Counted from the stretch's first letter, positions 29,410 through 41,469 are shown. The stretch is DNA of 64,000 bases from Octopus sinensis (GCF_006345805.1 NC_043007.1:70246001-70310000), one strand, 5' to 3'. A program made the numbers and translations. Notes: generated from the letters alone by a model not told the origin.

Positions 29410-29912
29410 CAGCAGAAGTCAAACGTGAACTGTTCGCTTTCTAGTCAGCCGGTTTGTCGGTCGGTCGGTCGTCTGATCCTGCGTTATCGCCTCGCTCAGT
29501 TGTCACAACATAATTCAAATTTATTTAAACTGGAGTTGCTTTACTAATCAGTCCGTCATCAATCAGCAACAGAACTGCATGGTAATGTTGATAACAAATA
29601 TAACAAATAGGAGAGATTTTCCCTTGAAAGAACCCAAGTATTGGAAGCTTTATATCGTACGAATAGTTTGAATAGAAACTAAATTACTATTTAATAGATG
29701 GGAAATATTATCAGTTTATAGAACAAAGACATAACATTGATTATTACTCGACCATTTCTACTACAGCCGTAAATGGACTCATTGCGTGACAGTAATAATA
29801 TGGATCTTGTATACATTAAAGAAAACAATGTGTTGTTACATTTATTTCATTTGCATATCAAACGAACACTGGAGGAAAACCCGAATTCGTTTCTAAGTAC
29901 ACGATACTTGTT

Positions 29913-30318
29913 TCTTATTTATTTACTGCCCACAAGGGGCCAAACATAGAGGGGACAAACAAGGACAGACAAACGGATTAAGTCGATTACATCGTCCCCA
30001 GTGCGTAACTGGTACTTAATTTATCGACCCCGAAAGGATGAAAGGCAAAGTCGACCTCGGCGGAATTTGAACTCAGAACGCAATGGCAGACGAAATACCT
30101 ATTTCTTTACTACCCACAAGAGAGGACAAACAAGAACAGACAAAGGGATTAAGTCGATGTAATCGACTCCAGTGCGCAACAAGTACTTATTTAATCGACA
30201 CCGAAAGGATGAAAAGCAAAGTCGACCTTAGCGGAATTTGAACTCAGAACGTAACGGCAGACAAAATACGGCTAAGCATTTCGCCCGGCGTGATAACGTT
30301 TCTGCCAGCTCGCCGCCT
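29913..30318 (-). mobile_element. SINE family 1 dimer, 15-bp TSD
   Basis: TACACGATACTTGTT at 29898-29912 and 30319-30333. Confidence 0.92.
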
Positions 30319-30481
30319 TACACGATACTTGTTCCTGTCTAAGGATTGGTACATTATACTGCTTCTGTTAATAAACTCGATATTACAATGTAAAACTAAC
30401 ATAGTAAAACTCAAACCGCTTTTAAATGGCGAATTTATTGAATTCACGACGGATGATAGGTAATAATTGTCATGGGAACTA

Positions 30482-31003
30482 CCGTAAATTTTCGAGTATA
30501 GTCCGCCCTTGAGTATAATACGCAGGGGATTTTTAGGGGGCTGTACCTCTGAAAAACCTAAACCTTGTGTGTAATAGGCATCCCTTCTCTAACTTGAGTC
30601 GTGCGTAATTAAGCCAGCAGCACCTAATCGAACAAGCACTTCCACGCATGCGTAATACAATAATGGTGATGTTCTTAACTGTTATATGGGAATGTAAATA
30701 TGTTCGCAAATTGTTTTTGTTATATGTTATTCAGTGTTCTGAATATTTTTATTTTAATAAATGTTGCTTACTGCAAGTTATGGATGATTCTTTTATGACT
30801 TCATTGCTCTCAGGTTTAGCTTAAGGTATTTTCGCGCCCGATATCACAAAATGCGTCTGAATAAACATTGCCAGACAGCAAATAGAAGCTCGAACATTGC
30901 TTAGAAAATATTTTTCATTTTTAACCTCGTATATAGTACGCACTAGGGATTTTGACCATTAAATTTTGGGGGGAAAATGCGGATTATACTCGAGGATTTA
31001 CGG
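30482..31003. mobile_element. MITE, pogo/Tc2-like
   Basis: TA-flanked TIRs CCGTAAATTTTCGAGTATAGTCCGC / GCGGATTATACTCGAGGATTTACGG, with subterminal repeats of the GTATAATACGCA motif. Confidence 0.88.
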
Positions 31004-31832
31004 TACTAAATATGTATAAGTAATGAGTTTAAATGACTGGAGTGCTTTATTGCACGCAATTCCTGAAATTGGACCTGGATCAAATGAAAGCATAGCAGAC
31101 CAAGACAATTAGAACCGGAAAAACTGGACATGAACTCAGCACTCCTAAATTATATAGCGCTCCCACTGTTTACCGAATCACTTGTCAGTCAATGCTATTG
31201 ATGTTAAATTACAAATAGTTCAATTGGCTGCAGAAGTAGCTTTAGTTTATTTTAGCTGTTGGTTGAATCAATCTTATTGACTGTTAATAACAGCCATCAA
31301 CCATCAAATTGTGCATCTACTTGAGCTATTGATAGACATAAGTGGAGACTTCCTGATAACAATAATCAAGCTAATGTCTGAGGAGGAAGCATTTGAGATG
31401 TTTCCATTGTATTGTAACCATGGTAATCATTAATAATGGAACATGGAGACGGGTGGTAGCGAATGGGGGAGGGGGGGCATTGAAGACTATCGAGGTTATT
31501 TCAAGCAAACAGTCTCTTAACATCAAACACTGCAATATTGCGAGGAATTCTGCAAAAGCAAATGCTGTCAGGATTTGGAAAAGGTTATCATTATTTCAAT
31601 ACAGATTTCCATGTCTGTATTTCTTAGATCAAGCATCATCACAGTTGCAGTATGGATGGCGCTCTCATAAATGGACGGCGTTCTCATAGCGGCACTGTCA
31701 TAAGTGGCACGGTCATTGGTGACACGGTGACGGATGGCACAGTCAATGTCATCTTTCGTACTTTATTAACAGTAAGTGTTATTTTCTTTGTTGTTCATGG
31801 TGATGATGGTGGTGAGAGGATTGGGGAGGGGG

Positions 31833-31954
31833 AGAAGAAGAAGAAGAAGAAGAAGAAGAAGAAGAAGAAGAAGAAGAAGAAGAAGAAAGAAGAAGAAGAA
31901 GAATATGATGATGATGATGATGATGACAACGATGATGATGATGATGATGATGAT
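31833..31954. repeat. (GAA)n(GAT)n microsatellite
   Basis: Direct reading. Confidence 0.96.
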
Positions 31955-32076
31955 ATATCCATTCATCCATCCATCAGTTCGTTCTTACCTCCTCCCCATT
32001 ATATAGGGTCCTATCAGAAGTAACTTATTAGACATCAATAGTTTCAATTGGATTCCCAATTGAAACTATTGATGTT

Positions 32077-32520
32077 ATGCAACCAGTTCTTACTTGGTCT
32101 CGGCTCGGCTTCGAGAATCTCTTTCTAACTACATTTCCGTGGCACCGGAGCTATGACCTCTCGATGTCAAGTAGCCGAGACCTAGAGAGACATCCTGATA
32201 TTCGAGCAACACAGCATTTTTTTCCGGAGAGTCCCATTTTGGCCGTTTGTATTTGCGATCGTGCTCATTCGATCATTACCCAACATTCATGGCCATAGAT
32301 GAGGAGAGGCACTGAAACCGAATTGAAGATAGCAAGTTCGGCTTTTTTGCTAACCCTTCTTTTCTGAATACTGGAGCTGGCGCACTACTAAACCATCAAC
32401 AGTAATTCTAGAATCTAATTCGAGATCCTGATTTCCTTCGGATACTTGAAATTCTCCACTTGCCTCAGTAAATTTCAATTAACATGTAAGGTACACTAGC
32501 ACGACTTGCTTGGGAGGATC
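32077..32520 (-). mobile_element. Decayed RTE-clade LINE fragment
   Basis: LRQVENFKY and YGHECWVMIE*ARSQIQTAKMG remnants. Confidence 0.6.
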
Positions 32521-32783
32521 AACGTTTCGTAACACTAATTCTCAGTTATACATTTGAGAGATGAAGTAGGTAGTTTCTATTATGTACATTATTTACATCT
32601 TGTTTATTGTTAACACCTTCAATTGGTGTCCTGGGGGAATTTCGAACCTAAGTTCTCATTCCTAAGATATTTCTCCGTTGTTGTTGTTGTTGAAGATTTG
32701 AGTAGCATATGGGAACCGGTATTAAGGAAGGATAGGAAAATATTAGATTTATAAGCCCTAAAATTAATTCCATAATTGCCCAC

Positions 32784-33015
32784 GAGCATATGGCATAGTG
32801 GTTAAGAGCGCAGGTTATTAACCCCGAGTTCGATTCCAGGCAGTGACCTGAATAATAATAATAATAACAACAACATCGGAAAAATACCTTAGGAATGAGA
32901 ATCTAGGTTCGAAATTCTCCCAGGACACCTGACGAAGTACATCAGTCGAAACGTTGTGTTAACAACAAACAAGATGAGGACAAATATCCGTCAAACGTAA
33001 ATAATGTACTAATTC
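32784..33015 (+). mobile_element. tRNA-derived SINE with a hammerhead-like 3' part; partial inverted copy at 32584-32695
   Basis: A box TGGCATAGTGG (32791), B box GAGTTCGATTCC (32826), an (AAT)/(AAC) run, then GACAC-CTGACGA..GAAACGTT-GTGTT (32924-32960). Confidence 0.7.
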
Positions 33016-34044
33016 TCATCCCTGCCTCGACAGGGAAACCCGCTGTACTCTTTCACCACAATTTTCTCTAACTCTTTCTTCCTACTTCTGCAACAAAGCA
33101 GAGGAACCATGGTGTAACCCACTATGGTGTGGTAAACTTTAGGCCTATAATTCTTTCAAACTCTAGTCTAGATTGCGAATCCTCTGTACCCCAGGATGGT
33201 TCAGCTCTTCACCCGTTAAAAGCCACCGTTTACAGAATGAGGATAACAACGTAGCTTTCGCACCCGTGCAACCGCCAGTCTATCACGTGTGGTGGGTGGA
33301 TCTTCAAGTTGCCACACGCATTCTTAGTAGTTTAGAGTATGCGCGAATTAGAGATTATTCTTTGTGGCCAATGGCGTGAGTCCTGATTGGAAGAAGAAGA
33401 GAAGAAGAAGAAGAAGAAAGAAGAAGAAGAAGAAGAAGAAGAAGAAGAAGACAGCAGCAACTAAGGCAGCAGATACTTTGACCAACTGTAGTAACTTCGG
33501 TAACCATGTGAGGGGAATGGAATTAAATGTCTCTCTGTAATTAAGTCAAACTGTCAAAAGGTTTCTGGCGTGTTTTCTTATTTGGAACAACACTATTTAT
33601 TAAAAGTCGCCAATATATCCTCACACTCCTTTCTTCTCACTTACCTGTTCGTCTGTGAATACACTGTAAGACTCATAATTGTCTTTGAAGAATTGGTTCA
33701 GGTAGCTTGAGTACAGTTTTTACAAAATGTTAAGGCAGGCTATAGGCCTATTATTCTCTACCACGGTTATGATTTCATTCTTGACTACAAAATTTGTTTG
33801 TGCTATGGCGAACGAATTTGGATTGTATAAGTGACTTTCTATAAAACATCAACATCTCGTACCAGTAACCAACTATGAGGTCTCTTCTTGATACCGTCGA
33901 AGTTGTATGTATGTATGTATGTATGTATGTATGTATGTATGTATGTATGTATGTGTGTATGTATGTATGTATGTATGTATGTATGTATGTATGCATGTAT
34001 ATATGTGTGTGTGTGTGTGGTGTGTGTGTGTGTGTGTGTGTGTG

Positions 34045-34286
34045 TGGAGACGCGTGACTTAGTGGTTAGGATGTCAGCATCATGATCGTAAGATTGTGGT
34101 TTCGATTCCTGGACCGGGCGATGCGTTGTGTTCTTGAGCAAAACACTTCATTTCACGTTGCTCCAGTCCACTCAGCTGGCAAAAATTAGTAACGCTGCGA
34201 TGGACTGACGTCCCGTCCAGGTGAGGAACACATACGCCATTGAAACCGGAAAACCGGGCCCATGAGCCTGGCTAGGCTTTAAAAGG

Positions 34287-34290
<4 letters not shown>
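34045..34290 (+). mobile_element. tRNA-derived SINE family 3; related copy at ~56046-56330
   Basis: A box TGACTTAGTGG, B box GTTTCGATTCC, ttgtgttcttgagcaaaacactt, gcgatggactgacgtcccgtccagg. Confidence 0.8.
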
Positions 34291-34341
<51 letters not shown>

Positions 34342-34375
34342 ATATATCTATATATATATATATATATATATATTA

Positions 34376-34649
34376 TTGAAGTAGATAAATGAATTATCTT
34401 ATTACGGATAATTCAAATGATAACCGATACCTGGGTAGCAAAAACCACGGGCTCCTCGCGAGCGTTTGTCGAAAAGCTTGGTGTGCATTTTGTTGGAGAA
34501 TTGAGTTCCTGGATTTTCCTGAAGAGAGGGTTGCAAAATGGACTCCTTATTCAATCCGAATTAGGGACTTTGCAGCCTTTGAAACATATGTAGAAAATAA
34601 TAAAAAGGAATTTTGTTAAATCTTCGTTCAGCTCCATTTCTTCCTACAC

Positions 34650-34652
<3 letters not shown>
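34376..34652 (+). mobile_element. Short non-coding element embedded in (TA)n and carrying the hammerhead (solo Penelope pLTR or retrozyme-like)
   Basis: ~275 bp of complex sequence with (TA)n on both sides, containing the ribozyme motif and no meaningful ORF. Confidence 0.6.
34513..34598 (+). ncRNA. Minimal type I hammerhead ribozyme motif (Penelope-type)
   Basis: Stem I ATTTTC/GAAAAT, core CTGAAGA (34519-34525), stem II GAGGGTTGCAAA/TTTGCAGCCTTT, GAAA, palindromic stem III ACATATGT, cleavage triplet GTA (cut after 34592). Confidence 0.8.
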
Positions 34653-34721
<69 letters not shown>

Positions 34722-34724
<3 letters not shown>

Positions 34725-35585
34725 TATTTATTTAAAGGACACAATACATGTCTTTATGTGCTACTAATAGTTTCATAAGTTGAAGAATATTTCAAATATA
34801 TTTTTCAGACACATACGAACTAAAAAAAAATTGAATAAGAGAAGGAAGACGAAAAAACTGAGAAGGCAGCATTAAGATCTAAGGAGGATAACTCTTTTAC
34901 TTTTTTACTGTTTACTTTTTACTTTTGGCGTCTTCGTTTTCCGTTTTTTACCTTCTGTGTTTTCTATGTGTTTCTTTCTCAGTTTTTTTTCTTCGCGTTT
35001 TTTTTTTCTTTTATTCAATGTTTGGTTATACTTTAGCGTGTGATCTGCAAGGGAGATTACTTTAGGCTACTTTCAAAGTACATACTCAATACTGTAAATG
35101 TATTTTTCAAAATTCTATTTTAATAAAAAAATATATATATAATAATTAAAATAAGTGCGTGGATCACCCACCAGAGCAAATTCACTCACGTAGATCACAT
35201 GGAAAGTAGCACTAACAGAGAGTAACCTGAAGTAATCTCCCTTTAAATTGTAGCTCACACGCCAAAGTGACACCTTTCTTTTTCTTAAGAAATTATATGA
35301 ATTTAGTGCTGGTTTCTTGTAAAAATGCAACTGCCTTCGACTTCTCGTTGATCACATTGTAATAATCTTTCGTCAACATCTTGCGGATTTTTTAGAAATT
35401 GAAAAGTAAATTAAAAAGTAACCTAAAGTTATCTCCCTTGTAGATCACACGCCAAAGTAGCACCCAGATTTTTAGTTCGTTATATGTGGTTTGAGCCTGA
35501 AGAAAATGTTTCAGATATTTCTCAACATGTGAAACTATAAGTAGCACTTAAAGACATATATTGTGTCCTTTAAATAACTAATATT
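34722..35585. mobile_element. Inverted-repeat element whose arms contain degenerate hammerhead motifs (34758-34812 minus, 35493-35547 plus)
   Basis: Left arm tttaaaggacacaatacatgtctttatgtgctactaatagtttca is the near reverse complement of tgaaactataagtagcacttaaagacatatattgtgtcctttaaa. Plus copy reads GAGC-CTGAAGA-stem ATGTT/AACAT-GAAAC-TATAA-GTA-GCAC. Internal gatcacacgccaaagtagcac-like repeats. Confidence 0.65.
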
Positions 35586-36367
35586 TATCTCTCACTAGAT
35601 GGAGTACTTATTTTGTTGAATTTTCTATCATGGAACAGTATTCCGCCCTTCTCTTTCCCTCTCTCATCCCTTAGTCCCTCCACCACTCGTCCTCTCTCCT
35701 ACAACGTGACCGGTGTCCAGTCAAAGCGCATCGTTCTTTTTCGACCTGCTGCTGACCCAACCATACACGTTTGAGTTCCGTTCGTCAAGGACTTTTTCCA
35801 TTTCTTTGCGCTACCTCGCTGTGATTGTCTTGATAGCCGAAAAGGCTCTTTCTGTTTCTATTGTATTGTTTTAGTACCGCATACATATAATTATTCCTTT
35901 TGCTTATTGTTCAGCTGTACGGCGTTTTCTAATCTGTATGTATCATTCCTTATCTCTTATATCTTGTCATTATTTCTTATTGTATACGCGATGCTATTTT
36001 GTCCTGTCCTCGCACACATTGGTCAGCTTTTTCCTATGCTCTGATACTTCTTTTAGATAACAGGGGTCCTGGTTTAAATAGCGTGAAACCACTAAGACGT
36101 TTCGGATATCAACTGCTGAGAAAGTCAGCTGCGAATGTTCCTTGAATCAGATTTTTATCTCCCTTTTCTGTCCGTTATACTTTCGCCCAGTTTTCGTCTA
36201 TTTTTCCTTTCTCTCTCTAACTTTATATATATATATATATATATAATATATATATATATATAAAGTATAGAAGCCATCTTAACATGGCTAACCACATAGA
36301 AGATGGCTTCTATACTTTACTTTATCGAGCGATTACTGTTTCAATCTTATTCTGAGATTTAATAATG

Positions 36368-36416
<49 letters not shown>

Positions 36417-36621
36417 AGTGGTCGTGTGGTAAGAAGTTTGCTTCCCAACCACATGGTGCCGGGTTCAGCCCTACTGCATGAAACCTTAGCCAAGTGTCTT
36501 CTACTATAGCCTCGGGCCAACCAAAGCCTTCTGAGTGGATTTGGTAGACGGAAACTGAAAGATGCCCGTCGTATATATATATATGTGCGCCTCTGTGGTG
36601 TGTGTGTGTGTGTGTGTGTGT

Positions 36622-36652
<31 letters not shown>

Positions 36653-37407
36653 GTAAGTCCATGAACAAAAGAAAATAGGAAAAATAACAACAAAAGTTAC
36701 TTGGACGCACACAGTAGCTACATTAGATTGACGGTCATTGATGTTTCGAGCATGGCTCTTCGTCCAGAGAAGAGGAAAAGGAAGAAGGAGTAGATATTCC
36801 GGAGAAAAGCATGTTTCGTTATGTATTTATGTATGTGTGTATGTGTGAGAGAGAGTGTGCGTTTGTGTGTATGTGTATGTGAGTGTATTCTTTGTGTGAG
36901 ATGTGGTGTGTGTATGTGTGCGTGTGCGTATGCGTGTGTGTGTATGTGTGTGATTGTGTGTGTGTGTGTGGGTGTGTGTAGTTACAGTGATATATACCTG
37001 GCATCTAATATTGATTTCTTATAGTTCAACTCCACCTTTCATTTCTTGGATGTTTGTTGAAGTAATAAACTAACGTCAATATAATCGACTGAATTTTCCC
37101 TCAAATTTTCTGACTTTGTGTCATTATTAGAAATCAATACTGAATTCTTGGCACTGAGCTCGATGAAGAGAGTAAAAGATGTAGTGGCCTTGAACCATTT
37201 TCAAACATTATGACAGAAACATATTTTATCTACTTTGGTGTAATTTGAACTTACAGTGTAGATGGAATTAAATAAAGTGGACTGTTTAATATCTAAAGTT
37301 GCAATATTTTTGCTGGTTTGTCATTCAACTTATCAACACAGGTGATGAGGGCTGTGAAAGATCGTCGGACTGCGGCCGTAAAAGAATTGGAATTCTAGTG
37401 AAGATAA

Positions 37408-37983
37408 TATTCTTTTCTACTCTAGACACAAGGCCCGAAATTTTGGGGAAGGGGGCCAGTCGATTAAATCGACCCCAGTACGCAACTGGTACTTAATTTA
37501 TCGACCCCGAAAGGGTGAAAAGCAAAGTCGACCTCGGCGGAATTTGAGCTCAGAACGTAAAGACATACGAATTGCCTATTTCTTTACTACCCACAAGGGG
37601 CTAAACATAGAAAGGATAAACAAGGACAGACAAACGGATTAAGTCGATTATATCGACTCCAGTGCGTAACTGGTACTTAATTTATCGACCCCGAAAGGGT
37701 GAAAAGCAAAGTCGACCTCGGCGGAATTTGAACTCAGAACGTAAAGACATACGAAATACCTATTTCTTTACTACCCTCAAGGGGCTAAACACAGAGAGGG
37801 AAAAAAAGAACAGAGAAACGGATTATATCTACCCCAGTGCGTAACTGGTACTTAATTTATCGACCCCGAAAGGATGAAAGGCAAAAACGACCTCGGCGAA
37901 TTTGAACTCAGAACGTCACGGTAGACGAAATACGACTACATGTTTCGCCCGGCGTGCTAACGTTTCTGCCAGCGCGCCACCTT
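37408..37983 (-). mobile_element. SINE family 1 trimer with an alternative tail on the last unit
   Basis: Three cores; aagataatatt occurs on both flanks. Confidence 0.9.
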
Positions 37984-38207
37984 CTGTTCAAGATAATATT
38001 GAAGGGTTTAATACAGGCAAGAGCGTCACATTTCCCATTCCCTAAAATTTCCAACCTTATGCCTATACATACATACATACATACATACATACATACATGC
38101 ATACATACATACATATCTCTCTCTCTCTCTTTCTTTCTTACTCTCTCTCCATATATGTATGTATATATGTGTGCATATATATATGTATGTATGTATAAGT
38201 ATATATA

Positions 38208-38244
<37 letters not shown>

Positions 38245-38279
38245 GTTAAATTATTATTAGATTTTTTTTTTTTTTTATC

Positions 38280-38558
38280 CCGTCTCCCTCCCCAATGGCG
38301 ACGTACAGTAAAAGACAGAGAGAGAGAGGAGAAATGGAAAGAAAGGAAGAGACGTAAACAAGAGACTATGGCACTACAACCAGCCAGGAACAGTCTTCGC
38401 TACATTTGCGGTACCTGCCAGAGGGAGTGTTTGTCCAGGATAGGCCTACACAGCCACAGCAGGAAATGTATCAGGACATGAAATATAAAAGCCGGACTAG
38501 ACTACTTCATACGCAACTCCATTGTCTCCCGAGACAGAAAGGATGCCAATACAATACA

Positions 38559-38560
<2 letters not shown>
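38280..38560 (+). mobile_element. RTE (BovB-like) LINE 3' end
   Basis: Terminal C2H2 finger YICGTCQRECLSRIGLHSHSRKC, then ccattgtctcccgagacagaaaggatgcc and an (aatac) tail. Confidence 0.85.
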
Positions 38561-38633
<73 letters not shown>

Positions 38634-38639
<6 letters not shown>

Positions 38640-39791
38640 TCTCATAAATAATTAGGGTTTTTTTCAATTACATGAACTAAAAGTGGGAGGGAGACGGGAT
38701 AAAGTACTTGCATCAACTTGCTTTAAAAGCAGTTTGTAATTTTACCTTGAACTTATTCTTAGTGCAAGTTTTGAAGTGTGCAATTCGATTTTAACAGTTA
38801 TTCTCAAAGCTATAATGGAAGTAGTAAAGAAGCATATTCGGCATATTTGCTTTATGAGTTTAATAAAAGCAACAACGTGTGTGGAATGTTAATGCAGTAT
38901 ATGGGGATCGGACAAAAAGCGTAAGCCAGTGTCAACGATGATCCCAGAAATTCCGAGCCGAAAATTACAGTCTAAAAGATGAGCCTCGTCCTGGAAGATC
39001 TGTAGAGCTCTACGAGGACGTCCTTCAAACCATGGTGGAACAAAAACCCATCATAACTTTTGAGGAACTAGCAGAGAAGCTTGGATTTGGTCATTCAACC
39101 ATTCATCGACACCTGCGTGCCATCGGAAAAGACAGCAAATTGGGTCAATGGGTTCCTCATAAACTTTGAGTCTAATCGCATCAGAGAGTGAATGTGGGCT
39201 CTTCTTTGCTGTTATGTCTCACGAATGAACCTTTTTGGGACCGAATAGTGACTGGTGACGAGAAATGGGTTCTCTACAAAAATGTCAAGCGCCGAAGACA
39301 GTGGGTAGGAAAAGGAGAAACACCGACACCCCAAGCTAAAGATCTTCACTCACATAAAGTTTTGTTATCTGTTTGGTGGGATATGAAAGATTTAGTCCAC
39401 TTTGAACTTTTAAACTTAAACCAAACGATAACAAAGGAGATCTACTGCAAGCAGTCTGGGCGGCTCAAGTCAGCGCTTGAAGAAAAACGACCATCTTTGC
39501 TTTCAAGACGAAAGGTGTTCTTCCATCAGGATAATGCTCGGCCACAAACAACGAGGCTGACATTCCAAAGGCTGGAGTAGTTTGAATGGAAAACGATGTC
39601 CCACTCACCATATTTGCCGGACATTGCCCCATCTGACTATCATTTGTTCTGCAATCTTCAAAATCATTTGGACAAAAAAGATATGAATTAAGTAGACGAA
39701 GTCAGAACAGTACTGGAGAAGTATTTTTCGTCACGGACAAGAGAATTATGAAAGAGAGGCCTTGCAAGTCTACCAGATAGATGAAAGAGCA
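38634..39791 (+). mobile_element. Decayed mariner transposon, 3' end interrupted by a Tc1 fragment
   Basis: WDRIVTGDEKWVLY...FFHQDNARP and HSPYLPDIAPSDYHLF motifs; 5' TIR similar to the 47129-48311 copy. Confidence 0.93.
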
Positions 39792-39793
39792 TA

Positions 39794-40375
39794 CAATGAA
39801 CCGCAAAAGAAACGCGAGACGTGTGTGACTGTGAAATGTTTTAATTTTATTATGTCAGAGATAAATTTGAATAAATCTGATAAAGTCAATTTCTTGGATG
39901 CACTTTGACCACAGTCTATGAGTTGTCATGTGTTCTGGTAGTAGGTAGATCCAGCACATCGAGATTGTAGAGCGTGACACGTTCAATACCGTTAATGCCC
40001 TCCCTAGGTGTTCAAAACGGTCATACACCGTCGGTACATGGAGTGTATGAAGCGGTTCACAAAAGTCATTGGAACCTGTGCCCATACTCTGAGAAAAGCT
40101 GCCTGCCGTTCCACACGAGTTGTCGGCCTTGGGACTACCTGGTTCAGCCGTCTCTGGATTTCATCCTGCAGGTGTTCAATTGGGTTCAAATCCGGACTGA
40201 GGGATGGTCACGGTATGGCTCTGATGTTGTGCTGGCGCAGGAAGTCCATGGTGACCCAAGCCGTGTGGGAGGGAGCACTGTCCTGCTAGAACACGTGGCT
40301 ATTGTGACGCGCGAAGAAGGGCGCGATGTGAGGTCTTAGGATTTGATCAATGTAACTGTCTATGTAGCTGTCACG
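39794..40375 (-). mobile_element. Tc1-family (DD34E) transposon 3' fragment
   Basis: QDSAPSHTA...SPDLNPIEHLQDEIQRRL...MYRRC on the minus strand; TA-CAATGAACCGCAAAAG terminus. Confidence 0.88.
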
Positions 40376-40393
40376 CTGGCCGGTCTGAAGCGA

Positions 40394-40466
<73 letters not shown>

Positions 40467-40469
<3 letters not shown>

Positions 40470-40685
40470 CGTAGCGAGCGGAACCTCAGAAGTCATAAGT
40501 ATCTAAGTGAGGTGTGTACTGCAGGCTACCTGTTCTTCAGGCCGAGGATATCTTGTTTAAATGAAAGTTTACATTGTCGCAAGGCGGTACATGTTGACGT
40601 CTAGAAAGTTCAATTAGGATGTACACACCTCGGTATACACCTCACTTTGATATTTACCACTTCAGAAGTTCCACTCGCTATGAAA
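40467..40685. mobile_element. Small MITE-like inverted-repeat element
   Basis: TTTCGTAGCGAGCGGAACCTCAGAAGT..AAGTGAGGTGTGTAC versus GTATACACCTCACTT..ACTTCAGAAGTTCCACTCGCTATGAAA. Confidence 0.7.
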
Positions 40686-40718
40686 CATATGAAGCCCGGA
40701 TCTTATCCACTCCATTCC

Positions 40719-41469
40719 TATTTCTTTACTACCCACAAGGGGCTGAACACAGAGAGGACAAACGAGGACAGACAAACGGATGATTAAATCGTTTATATCG
40801 ACGCCAGAGCGTAACTGGTACTTATTTAATCGACCCCGAAAGGCTGAAAGGCAAAGTTGACCTCGGCGGAATTTGAACTCAGACGAAATACCTATTTCTT
40901 TATTATCCACAAGGGGCTAAACACAGAGGGGACAAACAAGGACAGACATAGGTATTCAGTGGATTACATCGACCCCAGTGCGTAACTGGTACTTATTTAA
41001 TCGACCCCGAAAGGCTGAAAGGCAAAGTTGACCTTGGCGGAATTTGAACTCAGACGAAATACTTATTTCTTTACTACCCACAAGGGGCTAAACACAGAGA
41101 GGACAAACAAGGACAGACAAACGGATTAAGTCGATTATATCGACCCCAGTGCGTAACTGGTACTTATTTAATCGACCCCGAAAGGATGAAAGGCAAAGTC
41201 GACCTCGGCGGAATTTGAACTCAGAACGCAACGACAGACGAAATACCTATTTCATATTTCTTTATTACCCAGAGGTGACAAACAAGGACAGACATAGGTA
41301 TTCAGTCGATTACATCGACCCCAGTGCGTAACTGGTACTTAATTTATCGACCCCGAAAGGATGAAAGGTAAAGTCGACCTCGGCGGAATTTGAACTCACA
41401 ACGTAACGCAGACGAAATACCGCTAAGCATTTCGCCCGGTGTGCTAACGGTTCTGCCAGCTCGCTGCCT
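40719..41469 (-). mobile_element. tRNA-derived SINE family 1: one head plus four ~180-bp bodies, 16-bp TSD
   Basis: Head aaggcagcgagctggcagaa, B box GAGTTCAAATTCC, core gtcgactttgcctttcatcctttcggggtcgataaattaagtacc; TTATCCACTCCATTCC at 40703-40718 and 41470-41485. Confidence 0.92.

Noticed and set aside
32784-32850. tRNA gene candidates (also at 34045, 44422, 56552)
   Set aside because: A/B boxes are present but there is no complete cloverleaf, and they continue into SINE bodies.
36090-36155. Hammerhead-like GAAACGTC with stem on the minus strand (similar weak case at 7721-7750)
   Set aside because: The CUGANGA core is broken and stem I is weak; not supportable alone.
40719-41469. Regularly spaced repeats suggestive of a CRISPR array
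   Set aside because: Whole ~180-bp units repeat, there are no unique spacers or cas genes, and SINE hallmarks with a TSD are present.
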